DNA of 63,137 nt from an uncultured Eubacteriales bacterium (GTDB lineage: Bacteria; Actinomycetota; Coriobacteriia; Anaerosomatales; JAAXUF01), in contig CAZIPN010000009.1 of the NCBI GenBank assembly GCA_964541225.1, positions 1 through 63,137 on the forward strand, given 5' to 3'. How positions within the stretch are numbered: the stretch's first letter is position 1; every line of letters starts with the position of its first letter. Below are positions 9,801-18,694 of this stretch, piece after piece. The notes beneath the pieces were generated by a model that was not told where the DNA came from, did not search any database, and saw only the letters and a list, made by a program, of their open reading frames with translations. The position numbers and the translations under genes are program-made.

Positions 9801-12800
9801 TGCTGATCTGGCTGGCCGGCCCCTTCTTCGCGTGGTGGATCTCAACGCCGTTGCCGCAACGAGTCATCGAGCCATTCTCGGCAGACGAGCGACATGCGCT
9901 GCGCCGGATCGCGCGTAAGACGTGGCGTTTCTTCGACACCTTCGTTGTGGCGCATGGGCACAACCTGGCGCCCGACAACTTCCAGGAGGATCCTGGCGGC
10001 GAGGTCGCGTGGCGATCATCGCCAACGAATGTGGGTCTGCAGCTGCTGTCCTATGTCAGCGCCTACGACCTGGGCTATCTCACCCTGGCGAATCTCGAGG
10101 ATAGGGTGGCGATGACGCTCTCGGTCGTCGCGGGACTCGAGCGTTTCCGCGGCCACTTCTTCAATTGGTACGACATCTCAACTCTGGAACCACTGCGCCC
10201 CATGTACGTCTCGACCGTTGACTCAGGCAACCTTGCAGGTCATCTTCTCGTACTGCGCCTCGCCCTTCTTGAGCTCTCAGAGGCGCCGCTCCTGGGTCCG
10301 CAGCTCCTGGACGGGGCTCGCGATGCCGCGCTGCTCGCACTTGAGGACCTCGTCAGCTGCCAAGATGAAATCGGCCCGCCGGACAACGCACGCTCCATGC
10401 GCGAGGCCCTCGACGGTCTGATGCGCACGATCGACACGAGTGAACTCCCACGCGACCTGGGGGAATGGTCGGCGTTGCTCAAACGGCTTGACGTGCTTGC
10501 CACCGAGGCACAGCGGATTCTCGGCGGGCTAGACAACGTGCGCACGCCTCTGCGCGTAGCCTCTGCAGTTGGCGCTGAAGCTGGCGAGGGGCTGAGCGTT
10601 CCGGTCACGCCGCTCGAGCAGCTCTCGGCATCCATCGACGATGTGGTGTGTTCGATTGCCGAGCCACTCGCGTTGCTCGGCAGACTCGCGCCGTGGGCGT
10701 CGCTTCTCGCCGAGGCCCCCGAGCCGGCGCGCGCGGAGCCGACACTGACGCCGCTCTTCGAGTACGTGCCCTCCGTCGTCGGGCTTGCCGAGGGGCTGAC
10801 GCAAGCGGTCGCCGCCCTCGAGACGTTCGCGTCCGCGAAGTCGGCCAATGCCGAGCAGTCGCCTGTATCAGCATGGGCGCGCGAGATTCGCGAAAGCATG
10901 AGGGCTTCAAGACCCGCATCGGTGGAGTTGCTCGCACGCCTGCGGCTCTCGGCAGACATCACGCGCGAGATGTGGGAGCACACGGACTTCTCGGTGCTCT
11001 ACGACGAACACCGCAACCTATTCTCGATCGGCTACAACCTCAACGAGGGTCGTCTCGACGGTAGCTACTACGACCTGCTGGCGAGCGAATGTCGGCTCGC
11101 GAGCTTCCTCGCCATCGCGAAAGGCGATGTGCCGCAAGAGCACTGGTTCAGACTCGGTCGCAGCCTGACGCGAATCCGCGAAGGACGCGCGCTCGTGAGC
11201 TGGAGCGCGTCGATGTTTGAGTACCTGATGCCTCTGCTCGTCATGCACGACTGGCCCGCCACCCTGCTGTCCGAGACGTATCACACGGTCGTGGAGGCGC
11301 AGATCGACTACGGTCGCACGCGCGGCGTGCCGTGGGGAGTCAGCGAGTCGGCATTCAACGCTAAGGACGCGGCACTCACCTACCAATACCAGGCCTTTGG
11401 CGTGCCCGGTCTCGGGCTGAAGCGGGGCCTCTCCGACGACGTGGTGGTCGCACCATACGCGGCACTGCTCGCGTTGCCGATCGCCCCGCGCGAAGTGCTC
11501 GCCGACATGGCGATGTTCACCGCCGAGGGCGCGGAGGGTCGCTACGGCTTCTATGAAGCGCTCGACTACACCCCGGGACGCGTCCCCGCAGGCACCACGC
11601 GTGCGGTGGTCAAGGCGTACTTCGCGCATCACCAAGGCATGTCGTTTGTGGCGCTCGGCAACGCCATTGTCGGCGGGAAGATGAGTGATCGCTTCCACGC
11701 CGACCCGATGGTTGGGTCGACGGAGCTGCTCTTGCAGGAGCGGCTGCCGCGCCACGTGCAGCTGGTCTCGCCCCACGTCGAAGAAGTCGAGAATCTGCGC
11801 TCCGTACGCGAGCTTCCTCCGCCAATGACGCGCAGCTACAACACCGCCGAGACGCCCGTCCCCTCCACACACTTCCTCTCCAACGGGCGCTACTCGGTCA
11901 TGGTCACCAACGGCGGGGGCGGTTACTCGCGCTGGAACGGCTTGGCCGTCAACCGATATCGCGAGGACGTGACGCGCGACTGCTGGGGCACCTTCTTTTA
12001 CGTGCGCGACACTGAGAGCGGCGACGTGTTCTCGGCGCCACACAATCCCTATCCCGCCAAACCTGACCAGTACAACGTCATCTTCGCGCCGGACAAGGCC
12101 GAGTACCGTCGCCGAGATCGCGATCTTGAGACGCACGTTGAGGTTTCCGTGTCCCCTGAAGACGACGTCGAAATCCGCCGACTCACGATCACCAACCACG
12201 GACGCACACCTCGAAACCTCGAAATCACTTCGTACTTCGAGATCGCGCTCACCGCCCAAGCCTCGGATCAAGCGCACAAGTCGTTCTCGAACCTGTTCGT
12301 GGAGACGGAGTCGCTCTCCGACACCAACGCCATCCTCTTCTCACGGCGTCCTCGAAGCTCTGCCGAGGAACGCGTGTGGGGCTTGCACGTCGTGGCGTGC
12401 GAAGCCGAGCACTGCACGATGTCCTACGAAACCGACCGCGCTGCGTTTCTCGGCCGGTTGCGCGGCGTGGACAATCCCGTGGCGATCGAGAGCGACGGGC
12501 CGCTCGGCAAGGCAACCGGATCGGTGCTCGATCCGTGCTGCTCACTGCGAAGCGGCATTCTCGTGCCGCCAGGCGAGAGCACGCGCCTCGTCTTCTCAAC
12601 CGGGGTCGCCGAGACGCACGACGCCGCGGTGCGCCTGACCGAGAAGTACTCCGATCCGCGTAGTGCTCAGCGCGCCATCGACCTCGCGTGGACGGCTGCA
12701 CAGCTCGAACTGCGCGATCTGGGCATATCGCCTCAGGAGGCCATGACGCTCGAGCGTCTCGCGTCGCGCTTGGTGCTGACCGATCCGTACTCGCCACTCA

Positions 12801-15709
12801 AGATCAAGACTCCCGCCGAGAACGGCCTGCAACTCTCGGGTCTGTGGTCGATCGGCGTCTCAGGCGACTTGCCCATCCTGCTCGTGCGTGTCGAAGAACT
12901 CGAGCACGCACCACTGGTCCGGCAAGCGCTTCTCGCGCACCAGTATTGGCGCCACAAGGGGCTGCTGGCTGATCTCGTCATCCTCAACACGCGCCCGACC
13001 GGATATGCCGACGACCTCGACGATCGCCTGCGGCTGCTCGTGCGCACCGGCCACGCCTTGCAGCTGCTCGACAAGCCAGCCGGCGTCTATCTGCGCCGAA
13101 GCGACCAGATGCACCCCGACGTGCTCAACCTCCTGCTCTCGGTGGCACGCGCCACGCTCGACGGCGACGGCGGCACCATCGAACTCCAGCTCAATCGCCG
13201 AGCGCGCCACGCGCCGACCACCGACATACTTATCGTCACCAAGCAGCCGCGTCCAGGCGACTACCCTGCGCCGAAATTCGAACGGCCGAGATTGCTCTAC
13301 GACAACGGCTTTGGCGGGTTCGATCCGGCGACGGGCGAGTACGTCATCGTGCTCGAGGGCGATGCCACAACGCCGGCGCCCTGGATCGACGTCCTGGCGT
13401 CCGCCAATTTCGGCTGCACTGTGAGCGAAGCCGGCGTGGGCTGCACGTGGGCGCTCAACAGCCATGAGAATCGCATCACGACGTGGAACAACGACCCTGT
13501 CAGCGACGGGTCAGGCGAAGCGATCTACATCCGCGACGACGAAACCGGCGAGTTCTGGAGTCCAACACCGCTGCCCGTGCGATCGGCAGACCCCTACGTC
13601 ATCCGGCACGGCCATGGACGCGTGACGTTCGAGCACGAGACACACGGTATCGCTCACAAGCTGCGCTGGTTCATCCCGCCAAACGATCCGGTTCGGATCT
13701 GCAGGCTCGAACTGCACAACACGGGCAACGTGGCGCGCAAGCTCTCGGTGACCCAGTTCGTGGAGTGGGTTCTCGGCGACTCGCGCTCGAAGGCTCAGCA
13801 GTTGGTGGCCACATGGTTCGATGACGAGAACGACATGCTCACTGCTCACAACCACCTCAACCTCGACTTCCCGGGCAGGTGCGCATTCCTGGCATGCAAT
13901 AGGCCCCTCTCGAGCTGGACCGCGAACCGTACGGAGTTCGTGGGACGCAATGGCCGGGCAGCAGATCCCGCGGCAATGCACTCCAAGGAACTCGGTCGAG
14001 CGAGCGGCCGCTACTACGACAACTGCGGTGCGCTACAGACCAAGGTGGAGCTCTCGCCGCACGGCAAGGTCACGGTCACGTTCTTCCTCGGCCAGACCGC
14101 CACGCTTGAGGAAGCACGCGAACTCGTGGCTCGCCACAAGGCCTCCGGTTCTGCCGAGACGGTACTCGCTGAATGCGAGACGTTCTGGAATGACCTGCTC
14201 GGCACGGTGCAAGTCGACACGCCTGACGACCAGCTGGACTTGATGGTCAACCACTGGCTGCTCTACCAGACTACGGCCTGCCGGTTGTGGGGTCGTACCG
14301 CAACGTACCAGAGTTCCGGAGCATTCGGTTTTCGCGACCAGCTGCAGGATTCACTGGCGCTGCTCTACTCGCGGCCTGACCTCGTGCGAGCGCAGATCGT
14401 TGAGGCGAGCCGCCATCAATTCCCCGAAGGAGACGTCCTGCACTGGTGGCAGCCACATTCTGGCCGAGGCGTGCGCACACACATCTCCGATGATCGTCAC
14501 TGGCTGCCACTGGTCGTTGCCGAGTACCTCGCCGCGACCGGCGACTCTTCGGTTCTCGACGAGCGCACGGCCTTCCTTGAGGGCCAGCCCCTGCCCCTGG
14601 AGGCAGAGGACGCCTACGTCCAACCAGCGATGTCAGAGCAGGCGGCTACAGTGTACGAACACTGCCTGCGCGCGCTGGAGGCTGGCCGTCCCGTTGGCGC
14701 ACACGGGCTTCCGCTCATGGGAGGAGGCGACTGGAACGACGGCATGAACCGAGTTGGGCACGAGGGCAAGGGCGAGAGCGTGTGGCTCGCGTGGTTCCTC
14801 ATCTACGTGCTGAAGAAGTTCGCGCCGGTGGCGCAGTCGCGTGGCGATTCTGAGTTGGCCAAGGACTACGTGGCGTGGGCCGAACGCCTGCGTGTCGCCG
14901 TTGAGGACCACTCGTGGGATGGAGCATGGTATCACCGCGCATACTTCGACGATGGCACGCCACTTGGCACCCACGCCGCCGCCGAGGCCCGAATCGATGC
15001 GATCGCGCAGGCGTGGGCAACCATCTCTGGAGCCGCTGGCCCTGAGCGCGCAGCAGCGGCACTGGAGTCCGTCGAGGAGAAGCTCGTACGCCGAGAAGAT
15101 GGCTTGATCGCGCTGCTCACTCCGCCGTTCGATCACATGCTGCAAGACCCCGGCTACATCAAAGGCTACGTGCCGGGAGTCCGTGAGAACGGTGGCCAAT
15201 ACACGCACGGTGCCTTGTGGGTAGTCCTTGCGCACCTCATGCGAGGAGACGGCGATGATGCTGCAGGGCTGCTCTCCCTGATCAACCCGATTGGGCACGC
15301 ACTCGATCCTGACCATGCGCGCCACTATGCCGTGGAGCCATACGTCGTGGCTGCCGACATCTACGCGGCGCCACCCCACGTGGGTCGCGGTGGCTGGACC
15401 TGGTACACCGGTTCAGCCTCATGGTTCTACCGAGTGGCCGTGGAGTGGATGCTCGGCCTGCGGATCATCACCGAGAACGGCACGCCGTCACTCGTGGTGG
15501 ACCCATGCATCCCGAAGCGGTGGCCTGGTTTCGAGATGACCTATCGTCACGGGGCGGCGGTCTACCGCATTCGCGTCGAGAACCCGCGAGGCGTCAATCG
15601 CGGCGTTGCTCACGCAACAGTCGACGGCCAGCGGTATGACACTATGCCTATCCCGCTTGTGGACGACGACCGCGAACACTCGGTGATCGTCACCATGCTC
15701 GGCGGGTAG
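6875..15709 (+). CDS. cgs: cyclic beta-1,2-glucan synthase (Cgs/NdvB): GT84 + cyclisation domain + GH94 phosphorylase
   Basis: ~2940 aa; WLLDNYY, GWERKRGAL, ITLDSDT, LLSHDLVEG, RLHRWVRGDWQ, PDNFQE, SWSASMFEYLMP, GFRDQLQD, GGGDWNDGMN, ENGGQYTH; AAGGAG RBS before ATG 6875. Confidence 0.9.
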   Translation: MPDTPAGTNSRAASNETPFREELLSADRLAEEARHIASRQTWTAGKRLRTTPLIPLLHRAATGLAADNHELAQAARATGASPPAGEWLLDNYYLIEQQVILVRDDLPGGYGMELPRLTEGPYRDFPRLYSALLTLLGHTDSRLDEEYLLRFVSGYQEISPLTIGEVWAVPIMLRIGLVENLRRLSRAAVSFLRAELAADEWAERLLLATRDAADTLPSLLGTIDVETRGMPPAFFARFARRLGEVEYGGDAINAWIERRLSAENIVLEDAAVQAQQEQAADQVSIANSITSIRFLDALDWREFFERVSVAEEILRRDPAQTYAVMDFGSRDRYRHALEVLARRSDAGEIDIAQRAVVLARDALARDASDQVRGHVGWWLAGAGRYDLEPAISYRPILSEWIYRTVLRPKAFVYVMMLLVLTALLGVGLVAYAQSAGSATWQVVVLLLISLVPLTDLALIVVNRVVAFLFPPRQLAKLDPRLPVDDSHRTFVVFPALLSSVGSARSIVEHLETTYLANRDSNIAFGLVGDLRASTEQTRSDDGDITEATVRGISELNERYEAEHGVRPFHLLIRERKYNESEAAWMGWERKRGALTELVREMRGETNTSFVTKIGDAAFRHSCVFAITLDSDTILPRDGARKLICAIAHPLNRARWTPGDPRVSSGYGLIQPRIDMTLPGSKRSRFAEMHSGRTGIDPYSGAVSDTYQDVFGEGSFTGKGIFEIDVFAGVLEGRFPENTLLSHDLVEGSFLRTALASDIEVLDDYPANYLAASSRLHRWVRGDWQTLPWLGVRVANTSGQGELNPLSVLHRWKMLDNLRRSLVPPTMLLMFALGWLLLPHALLSWPILLLLLVLFPAYFSLADAMVFRPRSVSFVSSAPSLLRDFAGDSWRGAVSLAVLPHQAWLMADAITRALYRMTISHKHLLEWETAADAEKRAGTTRAAFWRAMGPVAIVAVLVVLATTLGQGWRVAATIPLVLIWLAGPFFAWWISTPLPQRVIEPFSADERHALRRIARKTWRFFDTFVVAHGHNLAPDNFQEDPGGEVAWRSSPTNVGLQLLSYVSAYDLGYLTLANLEDRVAMTLSVVAGLERFRGHFFNWYDISTLEPLRPMYVSTVDSGNLAGHLLVLRLALLELSEAPLLGPQLLDGARDAALLALEDLVSCQDEIGPPDNARSMREALDGLMRTIDTSELPRDLGEWSALLKRLDVLATEAQRILGGLDNVRTPLRVASAVGAEAGEGLSVPVTPLEQLSASIDDVVCSIAEPLALLGRLAPWASLLAEAPEPARAEPTLTPLFEYVPSVVGLAEGLTQAVAALETFASAKSANAEQSPVSAWAREIRESMRASRPASVELLARLRLSADITREMWEHTDFSVLYDEHRNLFSIGYNLNEGRLDGSYYDLLASECRLASFLAIAKGDVPQEHWFRLGRSLTRIREGRALVSWSASMFEYLMPLLVMHDWPATLLSETYHTVVEAQIDYGRTRGVPWGVSESAFNAKDAALTYQYQAFGVPGLGLKRGLSDDVVVAPYAALLALPIAPREVLADMAMFTAEGAEGRYGFYEALDYTPGRVPAGTTRAVVKAYFAHHQGMSFVALGNAIVGGKMSDRFHADPMVGSTELLLQERLPRHVQLVSPHVEEVENLRSVRELPPPMTRSYNTAETPVPSTHFLSNGRYSVMVTNGGGGYSRWNGLAVNRYREDVTRDCWGTFFYVRDTESGDVFSAPHNPYPAKPDQYNVIFAPDKAEYRRRDRDLETHVEVSVSPEDDVEIRRLTITNHGRTPRNLEITSYFEIALTAQASDQAHKSFSNLFVETESLSDTNAILFSRRPRSSAEERVWGLHVVACEAEHCTMSYETDRAAFLGRLRGVDNPVAIESDGPLGKATGSVLDPCCSLRSGILVPPGESTRLVFSTGVAETHDAAVRLTEKYSDPRSAQRAIDLAWTAAQLELRDLGISPQEAMTLERLASRLVLTDPYSPLKIKTPAENGLQLSGLWSIGVSGDLPILLVRVEELEHAPLVRQALLAHQYWRHKGLLADLVILNTRPTGYADDLDDRLRLLVRTGHALQLLDKPAGVYLRRSDQMHPDVLNLLLSVARATLDGDGGTIELQLNRRARHAPTTDILIVTKQPRPGDYPAPKFERPRLLYDNGFGGFDPATGEYVIVLEGDATTPAPWIDVLASANFGCTVSEAGVGCTWALNSHENRITTWNNDPVSDGSGEAIYIRDDETGEFWSPTPLPVRSADPYVIRHGHGRVTFEHETHGIAHKLRWFIPPNDPVRICRLELHNTGNVARKLSVTQFVEWVLGDSRSKAQQLVATWFDDENDMLTAHNHLNLDFPGRCAFLACNRPLSSWTANRTEFVGRNGRAADPAAMHSKELGRASGRYYDNCGALQTKVELSPHGKVTVTFFLGQTATLEEARELVARHKASGSAETVLAECETFWNDLLGTVQVDTPDDQLDLMVNHWLLYQTTACRLWGRTATYQSSGAFGFRDQLQDSLALLYSRPDLVRAQIVEASRHQFPEGDVLHWWQPHSGRGVRTHISDDRHWLPLVVAEYLAATGDSSVLDERTAFLEGQPLPLEAEDAYVQPAMSEQAATVYEHCLRALEAGRPVGAHGLPLMGGGDWNDGMNRVGHEGKGESVWLAWFLIYVLKKFAPVAQSRGDSELAKDYVAWAERLRVAVEDHSWDGAWYHRAYFDDGTPLGTHAAAEARIDAIAQAWATISGAAGPERAAAALESVEEKLVRREDGLIALLTPPFDHMLQDPGYIKGYVPGVRENGGQYTHGALWVVLAHLMRGDGDDAAGLLSLINPIGHALDPDHARHYAVEPYVVAADIYAAPPHVGRGGWTWYTGSASWFYRVAVEWMLGLRIITENGTPSLVVDPCIPKRWPGFEMTYRHGAAVYRIRVENPRGVNRGVAHATVDGQRYDTMPIPLVDDDREHSVIVTMLGG

Positions 15710-15947
15710 CACCGTCGATCTCAAGCGCAACAGGAATTCCACCAGCCAAGATCCGGCTGCCCCGCCGATTTAATGGTCCTGGTTTCCCTTTTGCCGACAT
15801 CCCCTGTATACTGCGCTATCAACAGTGCGCCTCACTCAGGCGCCTCACCCGGACTCGGTTGTCCCTCGCCTCCCCTGTTGGCCGTCGGATCAGCTGCGTC
15901 TACACGCAGTGCTGCCGCATCGGCGCACAGGAATGGAGTGCTACAAC

Positions 15948-17231
15948 TTGAGTTTCAACAATCTGGGCTTGGACGAGCGCCTGCTCAAGGCTGTCCGCAG
16001 CATGGGCTACAGCGTCCCTACGCCCATCCAAGAACAAGCAATACCTTCGATCATCGAGGGCAAAGATGTTGTCGGCTGCGCGCAGACCGGTACCGGCAAG
16101 ACCGCCGCGTTCACGCTCCCTACGCTTCAGCGAGTGCGGGCAGGCAACAGGCGTCCCGCAGCTCTGATCGTCACACCCACACGCGAGCTCGCGCTGCAGA
16201 TCGAGGGCGTCGCGAAAGAGGCCGCCCGATTCACCCAGCATCGAGTGGCTGTCGTCTACGGCGGCGTCGGCTACGGCCCCCAGGCTGCGGCACTGCGCAA
16301 AGGCGTCGACATCTTGGTCGCAACGCCGGGTCGCCTCCTGGACCTGTGCAACCAAGGCGACTGCAAACTCGACCGCGTCGAAGTGCTCGTTCTGGACGAG
16401 GCCGACCGCATGCTCGACATGGGCTTCTGGCCGGACGTGAAGCGCATTCTGGGGCTCCTCCCCTCCAACCGACAGAACCTTCTGTTCTCGGCGACGATGA
16501 GTCCCGAGGTCATGCGCGTTGCGGGCGACACACTGCATGAGCCGGTCCGCATCGACGTCGCTCCGCCGAGCAAGCCGATCGACAAGATCGCCCAGTCCGT
16601 CTATCCCGTCAGCGGTCAGCAGAAGGTGGAGTTGCTGCTCTCGCTCATCCAAGATCACGACCTGAGTCGCGTGCTCATCTTCACGCGAACCAAGCATCGC
16701 GCGGATCGCGTCGCTCGCGTCTTGAGCAAGAACGGCATCAGCGGGGCAGCCATTCACGGCAACCGCTCGCAGTCACAGCGACAGCAGGCTCTCGAGGGCT
16801 TCAAGCGCGGCAGGCACAAGGTGCTCGTCGCCACTGACATCGTGGCCCGCGGCATCGACGTCGACGGCATAAGCCACGTCATCAACTTCGACCTGCCGAC
16901 GGTTCCAGCGGACTACGTCCACCGCATCGGCCGAACCGCGCGTGCGGGAAAGAGCGGCACGGCGTTCTCGCTGTTCGCGCCAGAAGAGCATGATCAGCTG
17001 CGCGATATCGAGAAGACGATCGGCGCCGTCCTGGCGTGCGAAGACCATGACGGGTTCCGATACGCGACCGATCGGCTCGTTCCAGATCCAGACCGGCAGA
17101 TCGCGGCACAGCGAAACCAGCAGCGCCCTGTCGCCGGAAGTGGCCGCTCTGGCCGACCCGGCGGTGGAGCCCGAAGGCGTCGCCGCTACCCCAGCTCCTC
17201 AGGCCAGTCCAGCGCAGCGGCGAGCGCCTAG
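15948..17231 (+). CDS. DEAD-box RNA helicase (RhlE-like)
   Basis: Q motif PTPIQ, AQTGTGKT, PTRELA, DEAD, SAT, HRIGRTARAG; TTG start after GGAG. Confidence 0.95.
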   Translation: MSFNNLGLDERLLKAVRSMGYSVPTPIQEQAIPSIIEGKDVVGCAQTGTGKTAAFTLPTLQRVRAGNRRPAALIVTPTRELALQIEGVAKEAARFTQHRVAVVYGGVGYGPQAAALRKGVDILVATPGRLLDLCNQGDCKLDRVEVLVLDEADRMLDMGFWPDVKRILGLLPSNRQNLLFSATMSPEVMRVAGDTLHEPVRIDVAPPSKPIDKIAQSVYPVSGQQKVELLLSLIQDHDLSRVLIFTRTKHRADRVARVLSKNGISGAAIHGNRSQSQRQQALEGFKRGRHKVLVATDIVARGIDVDGISHVINFDLPTVPADYVHRIGRTARAGKSGTAFSLFAPEEHDQLRDIEKTIGAVLACEDHDGFRYATDRLVPDPDRQIAAQRNQQRPVAGSGRSGRPGGGARRRRRYPSSSGQSSAAASA

Positions 17232-17356
17232 CAAGCCGCTCGGCTGCTCGGCCAAGAACGCCGGGATCCGGCACCTGATGTCCCTGCTGTTCGCAATGAA
17301 CGTACGTCGCCTTCACTTGACGGACCTCAGGATCGAAGCCAGCCGACAAACGCAAA

Positions 17357-17380
17357 GACTCCAGCGCCTACGCTGGAGTC
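17357..17380 (-). terminator. intrinsic terminator of tRNA-Ile
   Basis: Perfect 10-bp stem GACTCCAGCG/CGCTGGAGTC followed by TTTGCGTTTG on the minus strand. Confidence 0.75.
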
Positions 17381-17394
17381 CTCATTGGGCGGTC

Positions 17395-17471
17395 TGGTGG
17401 GCCCGGTTGGATTCGAACCAACGACCTCACGGTTATCAGCCGTGCGCTCTAACCAACTGAGCTACGGGCCC
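17395..17471 (-). tRNA. tRNA-Ile(GAU)
   Basis: GGGCCCGTAGCTCAGTTGGTTAGAGCGCACGGCT-GAT-AACCGTGAGGTCGTTGGTTCGAATCCAACCGGGCCCACCA, full cloverleaf with encoded CCA. Confidence 0.97.
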
Positions 17472-17493
17472 GGTCTGGGCGAAATGCCCGCAT

Positions 17494-17523
17494 ACCATAT
17501 ACCAGCTGCTCAGGCGGGGTCAA
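17494..17523 (-). promoter_or_regulatory. promoter of tRNA-Ile
   Basis: TTGACC-18 nt-TATGGT on the minus strand. Confidence 0.6.
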
Positions 17524-17602
17524 GGAAGCCGATCGCCCTGGTCGGCGGGACGGTTGCGGCCCCGCCGGGCACCTCGATTAGCGGACGTTCGCGACCGATC
17601 CC

Positions 17603-18001
17603 TCAGCGCGCATCTCCAACGACGGTCACGTCGAAGTGGCGACTTCTCGGCCCGTCGAATTCGGCGAAGTAAACCGCCTGCCACGTCCCCAAAGCCACCC
17701 TCCCACCAGCAATCGGCAACATCGCGCTCGTCCCGACGAGCGCCGTCTTGAAGTGAGCGTCGCTGTTTCCCTCAACGTGGCGCCAGCCCCCTTCCCGAGG
17801 CGAGATGCGCTCAAGCCCGATCCGGATGTCTCGCGCGACATCCGGATCGGCGTTCTCGTTCACGGTGATGCCCGCCGTCGTGTGTGGGCTCGATATCAAC
17901 ACGATGCCCTCGCCTACATTGGCATGTCGAACCGCCTCGGCGACTCGCTCGGTCACGTCGACGAGCTGCTCCCGGCTCGTGGTTCTCACCTCGAAATGCA
18001 T
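17603..18001 (-). CDS. yjbQ: YjbQ/UPF0047 family protein
   Basis: PHTTAGITVNENADPDV, HVEGNSDAH, LGTWQAVYFAEFDGPR; GGAGG RBS. Confidence 0.92.
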   Translation of the reverse strand: MHFEVRTTSREQLVDVTERVAEAVRHANVGEGIVLISSPHTTAGITVNENADPDVARDIRIGLERISPREGGWRHVEGNSDAHFKTALVGTSAMLPIAGGRVALGTWQAVYFAEFDGPRSRHFDVTVVGDAR

Positions 18002-18092
18002 GCTTCCTCCATCCTTCGCCTTGAGACGCTGTCGTATGATGGACATTGTGCTCTTGACGCCGAACTAGACTCCCCCTGCCGAAAGGGTTCTC

Positions 18093-18584
18093 GTGATTGA
18101 AGTCCGTATTGCCAGTCTCGCCGTCGATCCGCGTTCCAATCAGCCCGTGATCATTCTGCGCCCCCTTGAGGACAGCGAACCCAGCCGCGTTCTCCCGATC
18201 TGGATCGGTCAACCCGAAGCCACGGCAATCCTCTTGGCGCTCGAGGGTGTGGACTTGCCGCGCCCACTCACACACGATCTCATGAAGAACCTGATCGAGA
18301 CTCTGGACGCCTACGTGGAGCGCGTCGAAATCACCCGGGTTGAGGAAGGGACCTTCTTCGCGGCCCTGATTGTACGCGCCGAGGAACGCACACTGGCGGT
18401 TGACGCACGGCCCTCCGACTCGATCGCACTGGCAGTGCGCGTTGGGGCACCCGTGTTCGTTGCCGAGGACGTGATGGAGAGCGCGGCAGTGTCCGACGAA
18501 TCCGGCGAGATCGACGAGGAGGCTGAACTCCAAGCGTTCCGGGAGTTCCTTGAGCACGTGAACCCCGAGGACTTCCAGGGCTAG
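18093..18584 (+). CDS. bifunctional nuclease family protein (DUF151)
   Basis: LPIWIGQPEA, RPLTHDL, DARPSDSIALA, FREFLEHVNPEDF. Confidence 0.92.
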   Translation: MIEVRIASLAVDPRSNQPVIILRPLEDSEPSRVLPIWIGQPEATAILLALEGVDLPRPLTHDLMKNLIETLDAYVERVEITRVEEGTFFAALIVRAEERTLAVDARPSDSIALAVRVGAPVFVAEDVMESAAVSDESGEIDEEAELQAFREFLEHVNPEDFQG

Positions 18585-18694
18585 TCGAGTCGCGGTACTG
18601 CCTGCTGCCATGAACTCCAAACAGCGTCGGCGCTGCTACCAGCGGCAGCCGCCCGCGTCTTGCTGCCGCTCACGTCGCAGCGAACTGTCCTTCG

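Noticed and set aside
50..17394. tRNA-anchored integrative element or prophage
   Set aside because: No integrase, transposase or phage genes, and no duplicated tRNA 3' end (att site) was seen.
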